Assembly: GCF_964355755.1 (NCBI RefSeq)
Contig: NC_092676.1
Span: forward strand, 25,934,871-25,998,870
Direction: 5' to 3'
Length of the DNA stretch: 64,000 nucleotides
Source of the DNA: Antedon mediterranea
Taxonomy: Eukaryota > Animalia > Echinodermata
Under the pieces are notes generated by a model. It ran no database searches. It was not told where the DNA came from and saw only the letters and a list, made by a program, of their open reading frames with translations. Positions 37,054-50,200 of the stretch are shown here, piece after piece. Position 1 is the stretch's first letter. Every line of letters starts with the position of its first letter. The position numbers were made by a program, and so were the translations under genes.

Positions 37054-38587
37054 CTAGATGGTACGCTCGCTTCGCTCGCGTACCATCTAGGTCGTGCCCA
37101 CAGTAATTTCAGCGTAAAAAAATGCTTTTTTTAATGTACGTACTGCAGGACGATAATAGTTATTATTGTTTACAGAAACGAATAAATAGACACGATGATT
37201 TATGTATTAAACTGAAATTAGCACACTGGGAATTACTTCCGAAAGAGAAACTTGTCACAAAATGAGTCCAAATTTGTTATTTGGACTCATTTAAACAAAC
37301 CCAATTTGTGTTTTCTGTGTAATATTAGTTTTGAGGGATGGGGAAGAGGATATGGGTACAAAGAAGAACAATGTTTTAATATATTATTTATCTACTCAGT
37401 AACGAAATATGTTTTTCACTTTGACAGGCCTATAAATAATATACCACTTGATACAGTAACACATTTGCGATTTAATACTTTGTTAAAACTGTCACTGTTT
37501 GTAGTCCATTGAAATAGCATAGTACATGTAACGATACACGTACCACTACAACGCTTATAGGCGTATTCTTTGTAATTATTAATTAATACAAACGTTGAGA
37601 AGCAACTGTCAGTAGTACAGTTTATTTGTATATTGTTCGTTTTATATAACAGTAGGGCCTACTCACAGGACTATAAATAATATACCACTTGATACAGTAA
37701 CACATTTGCGACTTAATACTTTGTTAAAACTGTCACTGTCATAGTCGATTGAAATAGCATAGTACATGTAACGATACACGTACCACTACAATGTTTATAT
37801 TCTTGGTAATTATTAATTAATACAAACGTTGAGAAGCAACTGTCAGTACCACAGTTTATTTGTATATTGTACGTTCTATATAACAGTAGGGTCTACACTC
37901 ACAGTAATACGTTTATTTGTACATGATTGTGTTATACATCTAACACTAACAGTACCCACACTCACAGTAAATTCAATGGCGACCACAAATGTTAATACGT
38001 ATTTACAGTAATGTCCAAGTATTGCAATACTAATCTATATATAGGTTTTAGGTTAATTCCCCAAGGGCCAATACATTTACCTACAGCTGGTGGTACTTGC
38101 GTTAAAGCAAAGAGTTATTATTGGAATGTTCCATTGGCATCGGCAATCAATACATTTGTATAAATGTATATTAAATCTATCAAAATAGTATGTTTTTAAG
38201 AAAATAGGTCTGTCTTCAACATTATGATGCTGTACTCGAGCTGTTCAACCGGTTTTCATCCATTAAAAACAATTATCGTAGGAGGAGATAGGAAAATGCG
38301 AAGCATCCTCGTATTATTGTATGCGGGTATTTTTCAAGATAGACATGCATTGGACAGTGTATACCACGATCGGAAAACACCCCTATTTGGGGCAAATCGT
38401 TGAACCTAAATTCGTTTTAATCGTCAATAACTAATTATCGAACTCCATTTAATTAGTAAACAGGGTTACATCAGGTGGTTAAAATCAGTATCGAAAGTAC
38501 GAACCAACTTTATATACCATCGAGTAAACATTCTAGAAGTAAGGCGCGATTTACCGAATTTTGCCCTTACGTAAATTTATATATAGA
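37054..38587 (-). mobile_element. Non-autonomous Helitron-like element, copy 2
   Basis: Minus strand starts A|TCTATATATAAA and ends with hairpin CTAGATGGTACGC..GCGTACCATCTAG|T; inserted between A and T without TSD; internal ~240-bp tandem duplication (37425-37890). Confidence 0.82.
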
Positions 38588-40677
38588 TGTGAAATTACGT
38601 TGTATGTAGGCCCTACGTTTATTTGTTATTATTTTTTATGTCGACACTAACTAGAATCCTCCATGGGTCAGGCATTTTATTGATTTAGCCTGATAAATAA
38701 ATAAAGTTACGTCCGTATTCTTAAGCCCTATCTACACTATCAAACTAGTTTGAAAAAAAAAGGTGTGATGTGCCCAAATATGGGGAAGCAGATTTTGAGA
38801 TGGAGGGCCTAGATGTCTAAACAATTATCTAAACAATAATCGAATTAAATATTTGAAAACGCCCTCTGTATTTCTAATTATACGTCTGGGGTTGTACATG
38901 TATTATATATGCATGTTTTTGTGTACAATATTTCTTTTATTCAATACTTTAAATATGGCTATTTTGCAGTTTTATTCACTTTAAAAAAAACCTATATATA
39001 TAAAATATATCTTTAAATTAGATAGATAATTCGTTTATATGTACACGTAGGATTATTAAAACTCAGGAGAGATAAAATGATGAATTATTCAATTCCGAAC
39101 AAAGTTACCTGGATGGCATTAAAATACTGAAGGTTCAATTAAATAATAACTCGTCTTTCAAAAGCGGCTTTCACACTATCTGATTCAAATAATATCAAAT
39201 GTCATCATAATTCTGATGTATTGTAGTGATAACTGGACTCATAAGATAATATTATCGCTAATCTTATGTTTTTATCTTTTCCATGTATAGGCCGTGAGCG
39301 ATTATGATCAATGCGTGCATGAGTACCAATTAATTAGACGCAATTAAGGCCCGTCAAAGTATCATTGCGTCAGATAACGGTAATTGATAATTTTAACCGT
39401 TATTGTTTATAGCGTTTTAAATTATACTTCGTGTATTTTAAGAACTTGATGAAAAACTAGTAATATTTTATCAGGCACGAAAGGAAATAACCGCGAGGTC
39501 GACGTATAATTACGCCAAACGATTCAATTAAACATGATCTAAATTTGATTTTTCAATTTTCGTTGCCGTGTTTGCAGTTATAAATATTGATAGAGAGGTC
39601 ACGTGAATATGATTAAATTTCGTCTCGGTAACAATGTTATTATTATTGAACACCACGGGGGTATTTTTATATGAAAATATGAAAGTTATGAATGATAATC
39701 TAATTGTGAAAAATTAAACACAAAAGTTCTATGCTGGTTAAATGCTTGGTGGTTGGTCTTCGTACAATCCCCCCAATAGATATACAGAAAATTTACCCAG
39801 GTAGAATGTTTTGTAATTAAAAACGGTTACAATTCACATTAAAAACATTTTTATCACCGAATTCCGCCAATTTTAAATCATATTATAATTGAAATAAGAT
39901 AAATGATAATTTATTTAATTGATTCAAATATAAGAAAATATAATATTATATATAATGTATTTTACTTCCATCTTTCGTTTTTATATTTAAATTAACATCG
40001 TATCTGAAATTGTAAATGAAAACAAATATGGTTAATACTGAATTCAAGCATCTTTTCTACCTGTACTTTAACTACTTTAAATTAAAAACTTACTTTAATT
40101 GTCACAAATGTACATATATACGGTACTGTATACAATATAATATTCATAACTGAGAATGTAAATAAACGTGAGATGAACTTACACAAGACAACAAAATGTA
40201 GGCCTGCGGGTTATAGCCACTGATGGAGACGGTAGGTTTACACCTTCGTGCTGCACGCGGCAGGCCTACAACAGCGCGGGGTTATGATGTCAGCAAACGG
40301 ATGAAAAATAAAGTTACCGATGACCAGCGATAACCCAGCGTCCATGATGCCCATTATATTATCATAAGAAATACGATAGTAAATTTCATCTCCATTTTAA
40401 TGCTCATGTTTAAAAGAAAGCATTCTCTAAGAAAATAAATTCGCAAATATTTTGCTACTTATCGTCCGGGCTTAAGCAAACATCGATGAATTACCAATGA
40501 CTTAACGAGATCACATAAATAGATCCGACTTAATTACTAACTTACTGTTGTATACTACCCTATCGGAAACCAAGACCAAACATAAAATAAAACACAACAC
40601 AATAACATAATTATGCCTATATTCGTTGTGATTGAAATAAACCTATAGCCAGGGATAACTTCTTAAATACGTACCAC

Positions 40678-40818
40678 AGGCGAATAAGTACCGCCGCAGC
40701 CGAATAAGTACTGCAGTCGAATAAGTAAGCCTAACTGCAGCTGAATAAAACCGCAGCCAAATAACGGGACCGCAACCGAATTATGGTGCTGCAGCCGAAT
40801 AAGTACTGCGGCCAAATA
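40678..40818. repeat. Degenerate ~16-20-bp tandem repeat (GCAGCCGAATAAGTACT)
   Basis: About 7 imperfect units. Confidence 0.75.
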
Positions 40819-43800
40819 AAATTGTTGTTTTGTTGTTTTTGCTGAACACCGCAATGTTTTGTTTTTCTGCTGGTCAAATTTATTCATTTATTCAATAGTA
40901 TGTAGGCCACTGGCTGGTCAAATTAGTGACAAACGAATTATTTGTATAATGGTTTTCCTCTCTAAAAATATGAATAATGATAATTTACGGTAACTGAAAT
41001 GTGAATTAAACACACAAATTCTTACTTTTTAAATGCTCGTTGCTGTTCGTGCATCCACCCAAAGTATGAAACGTACTGTATGAGCAGTTGCTTATAGGCC
41101 TAGGTAATTTCTTTCTCTATTGATTAAACAATTTTAGTTTGCAACGCATTGCTATTAATATCTGGAAATTATGGATTTTTAAAAGATTTTTAATCGAGAA
41201 AAATACAAAGATGTACCCATGTTTAGTAGTTTCCATGCAACCATAGTGACGTCAGCAAGTTTTTGACGTGGTCCCAACACGTTTGGTCATCATCGTATTA
41301 TCTGAAAATTCTAGAAGATTGTTACATTTTGTTAATGTTTTCACATCCATCATATTAGACAAATAGTAGTTGAATATTGATTGTTGGTTGCTGAAGAAAG
41401 ACAATGGGGTTGGGACTCACAAGGCGGTTATAAATTAGTAAAAACAAAATATGTTTCTTGTTTTTTTTTCTGTGACTAAACATTTTCATTTAAAAACAAA
41501 TTATTTATTGTTTATTTATTTATTTTTTATTTCATTTATTCATGGTCAAACACAGTAAAATATAGTACAATAAATTATTTAAGTTATTTTTTGCCAGGCC
41601 TATTTATATTAAAGCTAATCCGACCTCAAGTTGAGACAATGTATGTACACATGCAATTTTTTTTTAATGAATAATGAATATTATGATTACTATGGTATGA
41701 ATGATAAGAAAATAAAATGCAGCGAATATGCCGATCCTCTAATAATTTTTTATTTCGATATATTAAATATTTTATATTTAAAATATAACCCAAAAAAATG
41801 CTTTCGAGAACATTTTAATTTTCTAGGTAGTAATTTAATTAATTTTGTATCAAAATTATCTGAAACCTATTGAAGCAGGTTGAAACTTGATCAACTACCT
41901 TTCAATCAAGTCCAGTTGTAATTAGATTAGTTGTCTTAAAAGCTAAAATCAAATCGAAAGATGAAGGACATTTAGGAATGACCTATATATTCAAGCCTTT
42001 ATAACTATGTAGATAGGTCACCTTTTTGTAAATAGCGTCTCAGGACAAAAAAATGAAATGTCAAAAATAAATTTCAATGTGCGCGTTTGATTTATATAAT
42101 AGTGTAAAGCTCTGTCTACACTATTAAGCTTTATGTGGTGTGACCATATATGTACATGATGATGTCATATCACTATATTTAGGCATATCACTACCATATT
42201 TGGGTACATCACATTTTTTTAAAACTAGTTTGATAGTGTACACAGAGCATTAATCCATTTGTAGAAAATGTCTCTGAACGGTGACGTGTGTCTCTCGCGT
42301 GAAATTAGAAGGTTTTCATAATTTAATAAAAATTGTTCCTCGTGTGTCACACACTGATTAATGCGAGTACTGCAATATTAAAATGATTTAGTATTACCTG
42401 TATTATCATATCCGGTCTGACTGCTGGTATTAATATTTATGTACACATGTGATAATGTAACCTTAATATGCCAATCGTTTTCTCAGTCTGAGAAGCGTAT
42501 CACATAATTGTCGTAATTAACGAAAAGAACAAAATTTCAAATTCACCGAATCTCTGCTCCATGTACTAATGCTCTGTCTACACTATCCAACTAATTTGAC
42601 AACAGTTTTGATGTGCCCAAATAATGATGGTATGTTTATTAAAGAGCATTCTGTTGATACAAAATAAATGGTACGTCTAGTACCGCGAATAATAATAATA
42701 ATAATAATAATATGCTTAAATATGGTAGTGATATGGCATCATCATGTCCATATGCACAGCACACTTTTTTGTCAAATAAAGTTTGATAGTGTAGACAGAG
42801 CTTAAATAACTTAATAGAATATTGTGATAATGCAATCACTCACTCCTTCACACTCTATCACGCTAGCCTCCCTCTCATCCTCAAACGTCTGTTATTAAAA
42901 GGCGGGGGAGTGGTAATAACCACTACAACATTTACTATAATTAGTGTTAGCATATAATGTTTTTTAAAGATAAATGATGTTTGAAGTTCTTAACTAACTT
43001 TTCCTTTACATCAGTCATCTGTTTGCAACTTGTTAGGCCTATGATTCAAATGTCAACGTCATCAATCAATAATCAGATAATATCTGCGGTATTCTGTAAT
43101 TCCTAATTGATACGACAGTAAAATATTAATTAAATATATTCTTCCAATTAATTATCTTTCCAATTAAATACCACTTTCAATTAAAATGTCTTATTTGTGA
43201 TAGATCATTCGCTCGCCCCTGGATAAACGTAAATATCGGCAAGACTTTAATTAGCGTAATTAAACATGACCTTTATTTGAGCATTAGTGTTAAGATACAG
43301 CTTCCCGTGCATAAGTAAGAAAACTGAAGAAAGAAAGATGACATCTTGACAAGGGGCGTACACGGGAACGACTTATAAAGTAGACCTATATGCGTTTTTA
43401 ATGTACCCTCAAAATAAATGTATATTGAAACTTGAATACAGTATAAAAGTATTAAAGCTTGGTTCCCACTAGCGACGCAACCTATACGCAACGTAAGAAA
43501 ATGCCTTTTCAATAATTGTGTCCCCCCCCCCCCACCTGCCTGCGTGAAATCAAACTTGCGATGTCTGCAGCACTGCGTTTCCCACTTGTGATTACGCAAT
43601 GTACAGCATTTTGCGTCGCTGCGTTGCGTCGCTAGTGGGAACCACGCTTTAGTGGACACCTTCGGGACCCAACAATGTCTTCCCTAAATAACAGTTGACC
43701 GTGTGTACAGTGTTAAAGAACATATTTCCCCTCGTTTTAGTTTCACAACAATGTTTCTTTAATAGTCCCAAAATAGAGGTGTTCCAAAGGAGAGGTTCTC

Positions 43801-43959
43801 TGTAAATTTTAAAGTGGTTTACATACAATATACACAACAAATATGGATTAATCTTGTGTAGTCCTATACTTATTATCATCGCCTCAAACAACTATTAATT
43901 TCCAACATTGTTATTTTCTCAAATACTATGACTGGGGTCATTGTCCGATCACCATCAAT

Positions 43960-44525
43960 TAGCCGCAGTTTAATACAGTAACTACGCCGCAGTCTAATAC
44001 AGTAACTACGCCGCAGTCTAATACATAACTACGCCGCAGTCTAATACAGTAGCTACGCCGCAGTTTAATACATTACTCAGCCGCAGTCTAATACAGTAAC
44101 TACGCCGCAGTATAATACATTACTCAGCCGCAATATAATACATAACTACGCCGCAGCCAATACAGTAACTACGCCGCAGTGTAATACATTACTCAGCCGC
44201 AGTCTAATACAGTAACTACGCCGCAGTATAATACATTACTCAGCCGCAATATAATACATAACTAAGCCGCAGCCAATACAGTAACTACGCCGCAGTGTAA
44301 TACATTACTCAGCCGCAGTCTAATACATAACTAAGCCGCAGTCTAATACAGTAACTACTCCGCAGTATAATACATAACTACGGCGCAGTCTAGTACAGTA
44401 TCTACGACGCAGTTTTATACAGTAACTACGCTGCAGTATAATACAGTAACTACGCCGCAGTCTAATACAGTAACTACGCCGCAGTCTAATACAGTAACTA
44501 CGTCGCAGTCTAATACAGTAACTAT
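43960..44525. repeat. 22/24-bp minisatellite GCCGCAGTCTAATACAGTAACTAC, ~24 copies
   Basis: Direct reading; second array at 46582-46740. Confidence 0.93.
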
Positions 44526-45379
44526 TCCCCCCCCCCCCCAGTCTAAAACTTGGTTCCCACTACTATGGCGCAACGCAAGGTCGTATTAAACGTAATTGAT
44601 TTGACAAACAAAAGTGATATATTATCCGAACTAAAATACAAGTGGTATGAATAACGTTTTTAAAACTATTTTAAATTATTTATTTTAGCTTAGTTACTCG
44701 CCATCTGGTTAATTCAGAATTAATTATTACCATAATTTTCTGGCACGCCATTTTAGCCAAACAATTACCGATGTGATTAACCAAAATCATTTATTAATGA
44801 CTGCGCCAGCGGTTACTTTCAATATTGATGTTTGTAAATCAATATACAATTTTAAAAAGCATAAATACAGAGTGCATCGTCTAACGACTGGGGGATGTTA
44901 AGTTTGGTATGTCCTTGTACTAATTCGGGTAAAGGCTATAAACTCACTGAATTAATTTAATACTATACGTTTAGTGTTCCACTCCATATTATCTTTCCAC
45001 GACACGAACAGACGTGTGGAGGGATGTGTTTAATAAAATAGTTGGAAACGCGTACATACTTTAGTACTATAGGCCTAACGGTACCGATTTCTCACATACT
45101 ATATATTTCCGAAGTCTCATAGGAATATTTTGTAATACAGCATCTCATTTATATCACATGTGGTGCCTGTATCATGTAAGGTTAGGTTAAGGGTTAGGCT
45201 ACTACTAGATACACGTGAAACACACAGAAATATTCCTATGATACTTCGGAAGATACACTGAGAATCGGCTGATTTCATGCGTTATTATTAGGTCTATATT
45301 CAGGCTATGTTATAACATAGAGAAATAAGTGTATAATTTCTCGAAAGCTATAAATACGTTTTTTTACGGGATATATATA

Positions 45380-45995
45380 TCGATTAGGAACCTTGGTCGT
45401 ATTCGCGGTAATCTTAACAAGAAAACAGCTGAATTGATTGTACACTCATTTGTCACTTCTAAAATTGACATTGGTAATGCCTTGTTGTTTGGCATACCAA
45501 AATCTCAAATACAACGTTTGCAGCGCTTGCAAAATATGGCAGCTAGAATTGTAACTTATACAAAATCAAACGCTCACATAACTCCTGTCCTGATGGATTT
45601 GCATTGGTTGCCTGTTCAACAACGTATTAAGTACAAACTTGCGTTGTTTGTATTCAGGATCCTAAATGACAGTGCTCCTGCTTATTTATCTGACCTTGTG
45701 GATCGTTACGAATCATCCCGCAGAGGCCTACGATCATTGTCACAAAACCTTCTTCAAGAGCGTAGAGCGAAAAATCAGTGGGGTCAGAGATCTTTTTACG
45801 TTGCGGCCGCAAGTGTATGGAACAGCTTACCAGCAACAGTTAAATGCTCAACTAGTCTAAACAGTTTCAAGACCAACCTAAAGACGTCGCTATTCGCTGA
45901 TGTTCTCGCACGTTGTTAATGCACAAAGCGCCATGAGCGCCACATGGGTGGAGGATACCGGCGCTATATAAGTTTTCATTTATTATTATTATAAT
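45380..45995 (+). mobile_element. 5'-truncated L2-clade LINE 3' fragment
   Basis: IVHSFVTSKID.GNALLFG...LQRLQNMAARIV....HITPVL.DLHWLPV.QRI.YK...RSF..AA..VWNSLP...FK..LKT.LF; 3' end AGCGCC...GGCGCTATATAAGT followed by (ATT)n. Confidence 0.9.
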
Positions 45996-46581
45996 TTATC
46001 ACATCACATTTTTATCGATTTTTTACTTTAAAATTTGATTAATATGATAGGCCTATAGAAAAAAGATACACAATTAACGCCTACAATTTGATTAATATGA
46101 AGAGGCCTATACAAATAAAATACACAATCAACGGTAAAACGTGACTACACCCACAATAAGCCATTGACCATCATAGATAACAAATGAATACATAAGTAAT
46201 GAAAAGTATGCCTTCGCGAATGACTTTTCGACATTAATTATGGCATCATTCAGTAATGAAATAATAACATTCTTCAAGGTTATAATATACAATACTAAAT
46301 GTATTTATCAATCGTAAAACTTAAGTTTTTGACCAATCATTAATAATCTTTAAAATTAAGTGAATTAACTCCCTCAATCTGACGACGATGATGATGATGA
46401 TGATAATAGACCTAATACGTATTGGATAACAATTTACGTAAGCGACACACATTAGGTAATATATAAAAATATTAACACTATAAAATGTAAAGTATACACT
46501 ATTAGAAAGACTTTTTTTTTAATAATGCTAATTAAGAAATGGATTTACGCCAACGCTTCTTTGTAATTTTTTTCATATTAA

Positions 46582-46740
46582 CCACGCCGCAGTCTAATAC
46601 AGTAACTACGCCTCAGTCTAATACAGTAACTACGTCGCAGTCTAATACAGTAACTACCCCGCAGTATAATACAGTAACTACGTCGCAGTCTAATACAGTA
46701 ACTACCCCGCAGTCTAATACAGTAACTACCCCGCAGTATA
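46582..46740. repeat. Second array of the 24-bp minisatellite, ~7 copies
   Basis: Same unit as 43960-44525. Confidence 0.9.
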
Positions 46741-47291
46741 AAACTTGGTTCCCACTACTATAATATCTTACCACTACATAATAACCGTTTTCATCAAAAT
46801 ATTTATACGGTTACCGTAATTGAAAACAAAAATATAAATCCTATGGCGCATAACCATAAATAAGTCTGATACTGTACTTATTTCTCCATGACACAGTAAC
46901 GTATACACGTTCTCTAATTGAATATGCGCATGCGTCGAATTATCGCGTATTACCATTGGTTATTAAGGATATGCTATTTAATGTTTCACAACTCGGGAAA
47001 AGCACAGACTGACATTGATCGTCGACAGAATATCAACACACAGTTGGTCACAGAGTTATATTGGCACGTACAAGTTTAAATGATAAAGTAGTCAGGAAAA
47101 TAATGTTACGTTCCTTGTGTTTTATTAAGAATTAAAAAGACAAGTCACATGGTGTACATGTGAATCGTTTAGCCTGAATATTTTGGATTTTACTTACAGG
47201 TGTACAACCATTTGCAACAAAACTGTTTGTATCTGTCACCAGTGGTTGTTTATACGTTGATTGAAGTCTTTTACTAAGTTTTAAAGCTGAA

Positions 47292-50200
47292 ATGAAGAGT
47301 TTGAAATTAGCGATACTTGTTGCTGTTTTTACTGTAACTTCTGCAGTGAGGAATACTGATAATTTTCCTTCAGATCAAGGTAGGCCTAAACTATTTTTAC
47401 TATATTTTTTTTATAATAATGGGTGTTCTGTACCTATACACCCGTCAAAGACACGCGTAAAAAAAAAGGATAAAACTCAATGATCGTTGTTGCGACCCTG
47501 ACCGATTCCCGTAACCGCGCGTGTTTCTCGCACCTTTCTCGAAGATACTTGAAAAGAAAATAGTTATTGTACGCCGCCGGCCGGAGCGTCGCTTATGATG
47601 AGTGCATCTAATGTGTGGGTATGAGGATAACAGTGATTTAACTTCTAAAGCTTTGTCTACACTATCAAACTTTATGTGACAAACAAATGTGATGTGCCCA
47701 TATATGGACATGATGATGTCATATCACTACTATATTTGAGCATATCACTACCATATTTGGGCACATCACACTTTTTTTTTTCAAACTATAGTTTGATAGT
47801 GTAGGCAGAGCTTTATATGCCCTTGGCATCGGCTGAATTGTGAAGAATAAAAAGTTAATATAACAAAGTATTCAAATATTTTATTTTGATTAAAGAAGTA
47901 GGCCTTTGCAAATTGAAGTGCACACTTGTATCATGAACTAAAACAAATCCTTATTTCGTTAAATGCGTCAGCGATAAATTGATTTATTTAATGAGTAATT
48001 GTAAATGTAAAATTGCTTTGGTATGTCTGGTCATGGAATGGAATGTTCCAATCAATATACAACATATATACAAATAAATAACATAAATCTACAAAATGTG
48101 TTAATGAATAATTGCGCATTGATATTTTTAATAATCCGAATGTCCCGTATCAAACTATAAAGTAAAACTTGTGAATAGCGTTAAGCTGTGTCTACACTAT
48201 CAAACTTGATGTGATGTACCCATATATGGTAGTGATATGCTTAAATATGGTAGTGATATGCTTAAATATGGTAGTGATATGACATCATCATGTCCATATA
48301 TGGGAACATCACATTTTTTTGTCACATAAAGTTTGTTAGTGTAGACAGAGCTTTGGTAAACGCCGACAATTATACAACAGTGAGCAGGGAGTTTGGGAAA
48401 ATGTATACGCATATACGTATCCGTCACAACACGTATAAGTTAAGTTAGTTATATTTGACATCTGTTTTAATTAATCTTCTTCATCACGGCCTAGGCCTAT
48501 GTGATTCACCTCTATAAATCAATGTTGTATACAATGACCTATCGCCTAGTTAGTTAGAGTAGTATATTATTGTGACGTGTAGCGTCATTAGTAGGGCTAA
48601 TTCTCTTTTACCAACGTATATTTCAGTGCCTGAGAAACATTAATTAGTTAACAATTATCACTAAAATCTATCGTAATATAGGCCCTTATACTGTTTTAGT
48701 TACAGTATAAATGTATTATACGCTGGTTCGCAGTGTTTTCAGTGGAATGTAAAGTAAAACGTTCTCAAATAGCAATGTTACGTAATGTTATAATAGTTAC
48801 AAAATTAGCTACCACCAACACACAATTCTTTATGTCTGTTGGAAATTTTGCAAACTTGTTCTCATTTGAAAGTGGAATAAAACCAGACCGGCTCCTGAAC
48901 CGGAAGTGAATTATTCCATATTTTGCTTACCTTAACCATTGTTAAAGACAATTACATTTGTTTTGTTTACTACCAATAATTGGTTTTTATTATTCTATTT
49001 AATTTTACAATTTCCTGGTATGCTTACGTTATGTATTGTGTGTCGGCACGTAACATCCAATTCTACATTGTTTGCACTATCAAAACAAAAGTAGTCAATC
49101 GTCAATAAGTCCTCTAAAATACAAACAACAAAATATGTTCATAATTATGTATTTTCTTCTGAGTTACCATATTGTGTGTCCACGGTAGAATGTTGACTAT
49201 TATTATCAACATAATTATCAGGATAATTTACATAAAATATATTTAAATCACATGCCCGTAATAACATCGGTTCTTTGAATATTACATTTTTCTTGTGTGT
49301 AGTATTTCGCCCTTAATGTTAAAAACACAACTTCGACGCGCGCGTACAAAAGCCGTTGATTTTCATCAGAAATTGGACGCGTTCATTAAAATGTATATTT
49401 CTTCGTAAGAGTACAATGCTTCTCACTTTTTGTGACGTCATGCACTCTGTACCATCAGATGGGAGGTCGTGGTCGTTAGCGATGCAACTACTGATAGCCG
49501 ACAGATATAATATTAAATTTAATATAATGGAATTTATAAATTATGTATTCACCCGATACACCACAAGCATTAATAAAATGAAACATAATCATAATTTGCA
49601 TACAGCAATATACAGATACAATAACCCTTTTTTAACTAAATCATTCCAAAGCAATCTATGCCTTCATTATATATAGGTCTAGCCTCCCGGCTATAATTTT
49701 ATCATTTCATTAAATAACAGATCGAACCCCAAAATGCAGAAATGATATTTTTTTATTTTTTATTTTATTTCATCATCACCCTACAGTGACCAAACGTCAC
49801 CATTAACAGGGTTGAAAGTCGTAAAATATAACATATTATATACAAGCAAAAATCAACAGATCTTTTATTGATCATAAATTCCATCATTAACATTCAGTAC
49901 AATAATATGATTTTACATACAATAGGTTAGGCTGAGTTTGCTGATTTGAATATTGTACTAATCGATATGAATTTTATTTGATAAAGATTAAAAACATATA
50001 TACATAATATATATATATACATAATATGGAGACAGACCATAATACGTTATTACAATAACGTTTTAGATCGTTGCACTGGTCTTATACTGGTAGACCTATA
50101 TACCAGCAACTAATTATAGGGGACATACAGACAAACGGACGAATAAATAGACATAGCCTACAAAGATCAAGAATAGCGACATCGTGTCATATTACCAAAA

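Noticed and set aside
46539-46763. Mucin-like ORF with hydrophobic start (TTPQSNTV repeats)
   Set aside because: Derived from the 24-bp minisatellite, whose other array has 22-bp frame-breaking units; the ORF ends in a MITE TIR.
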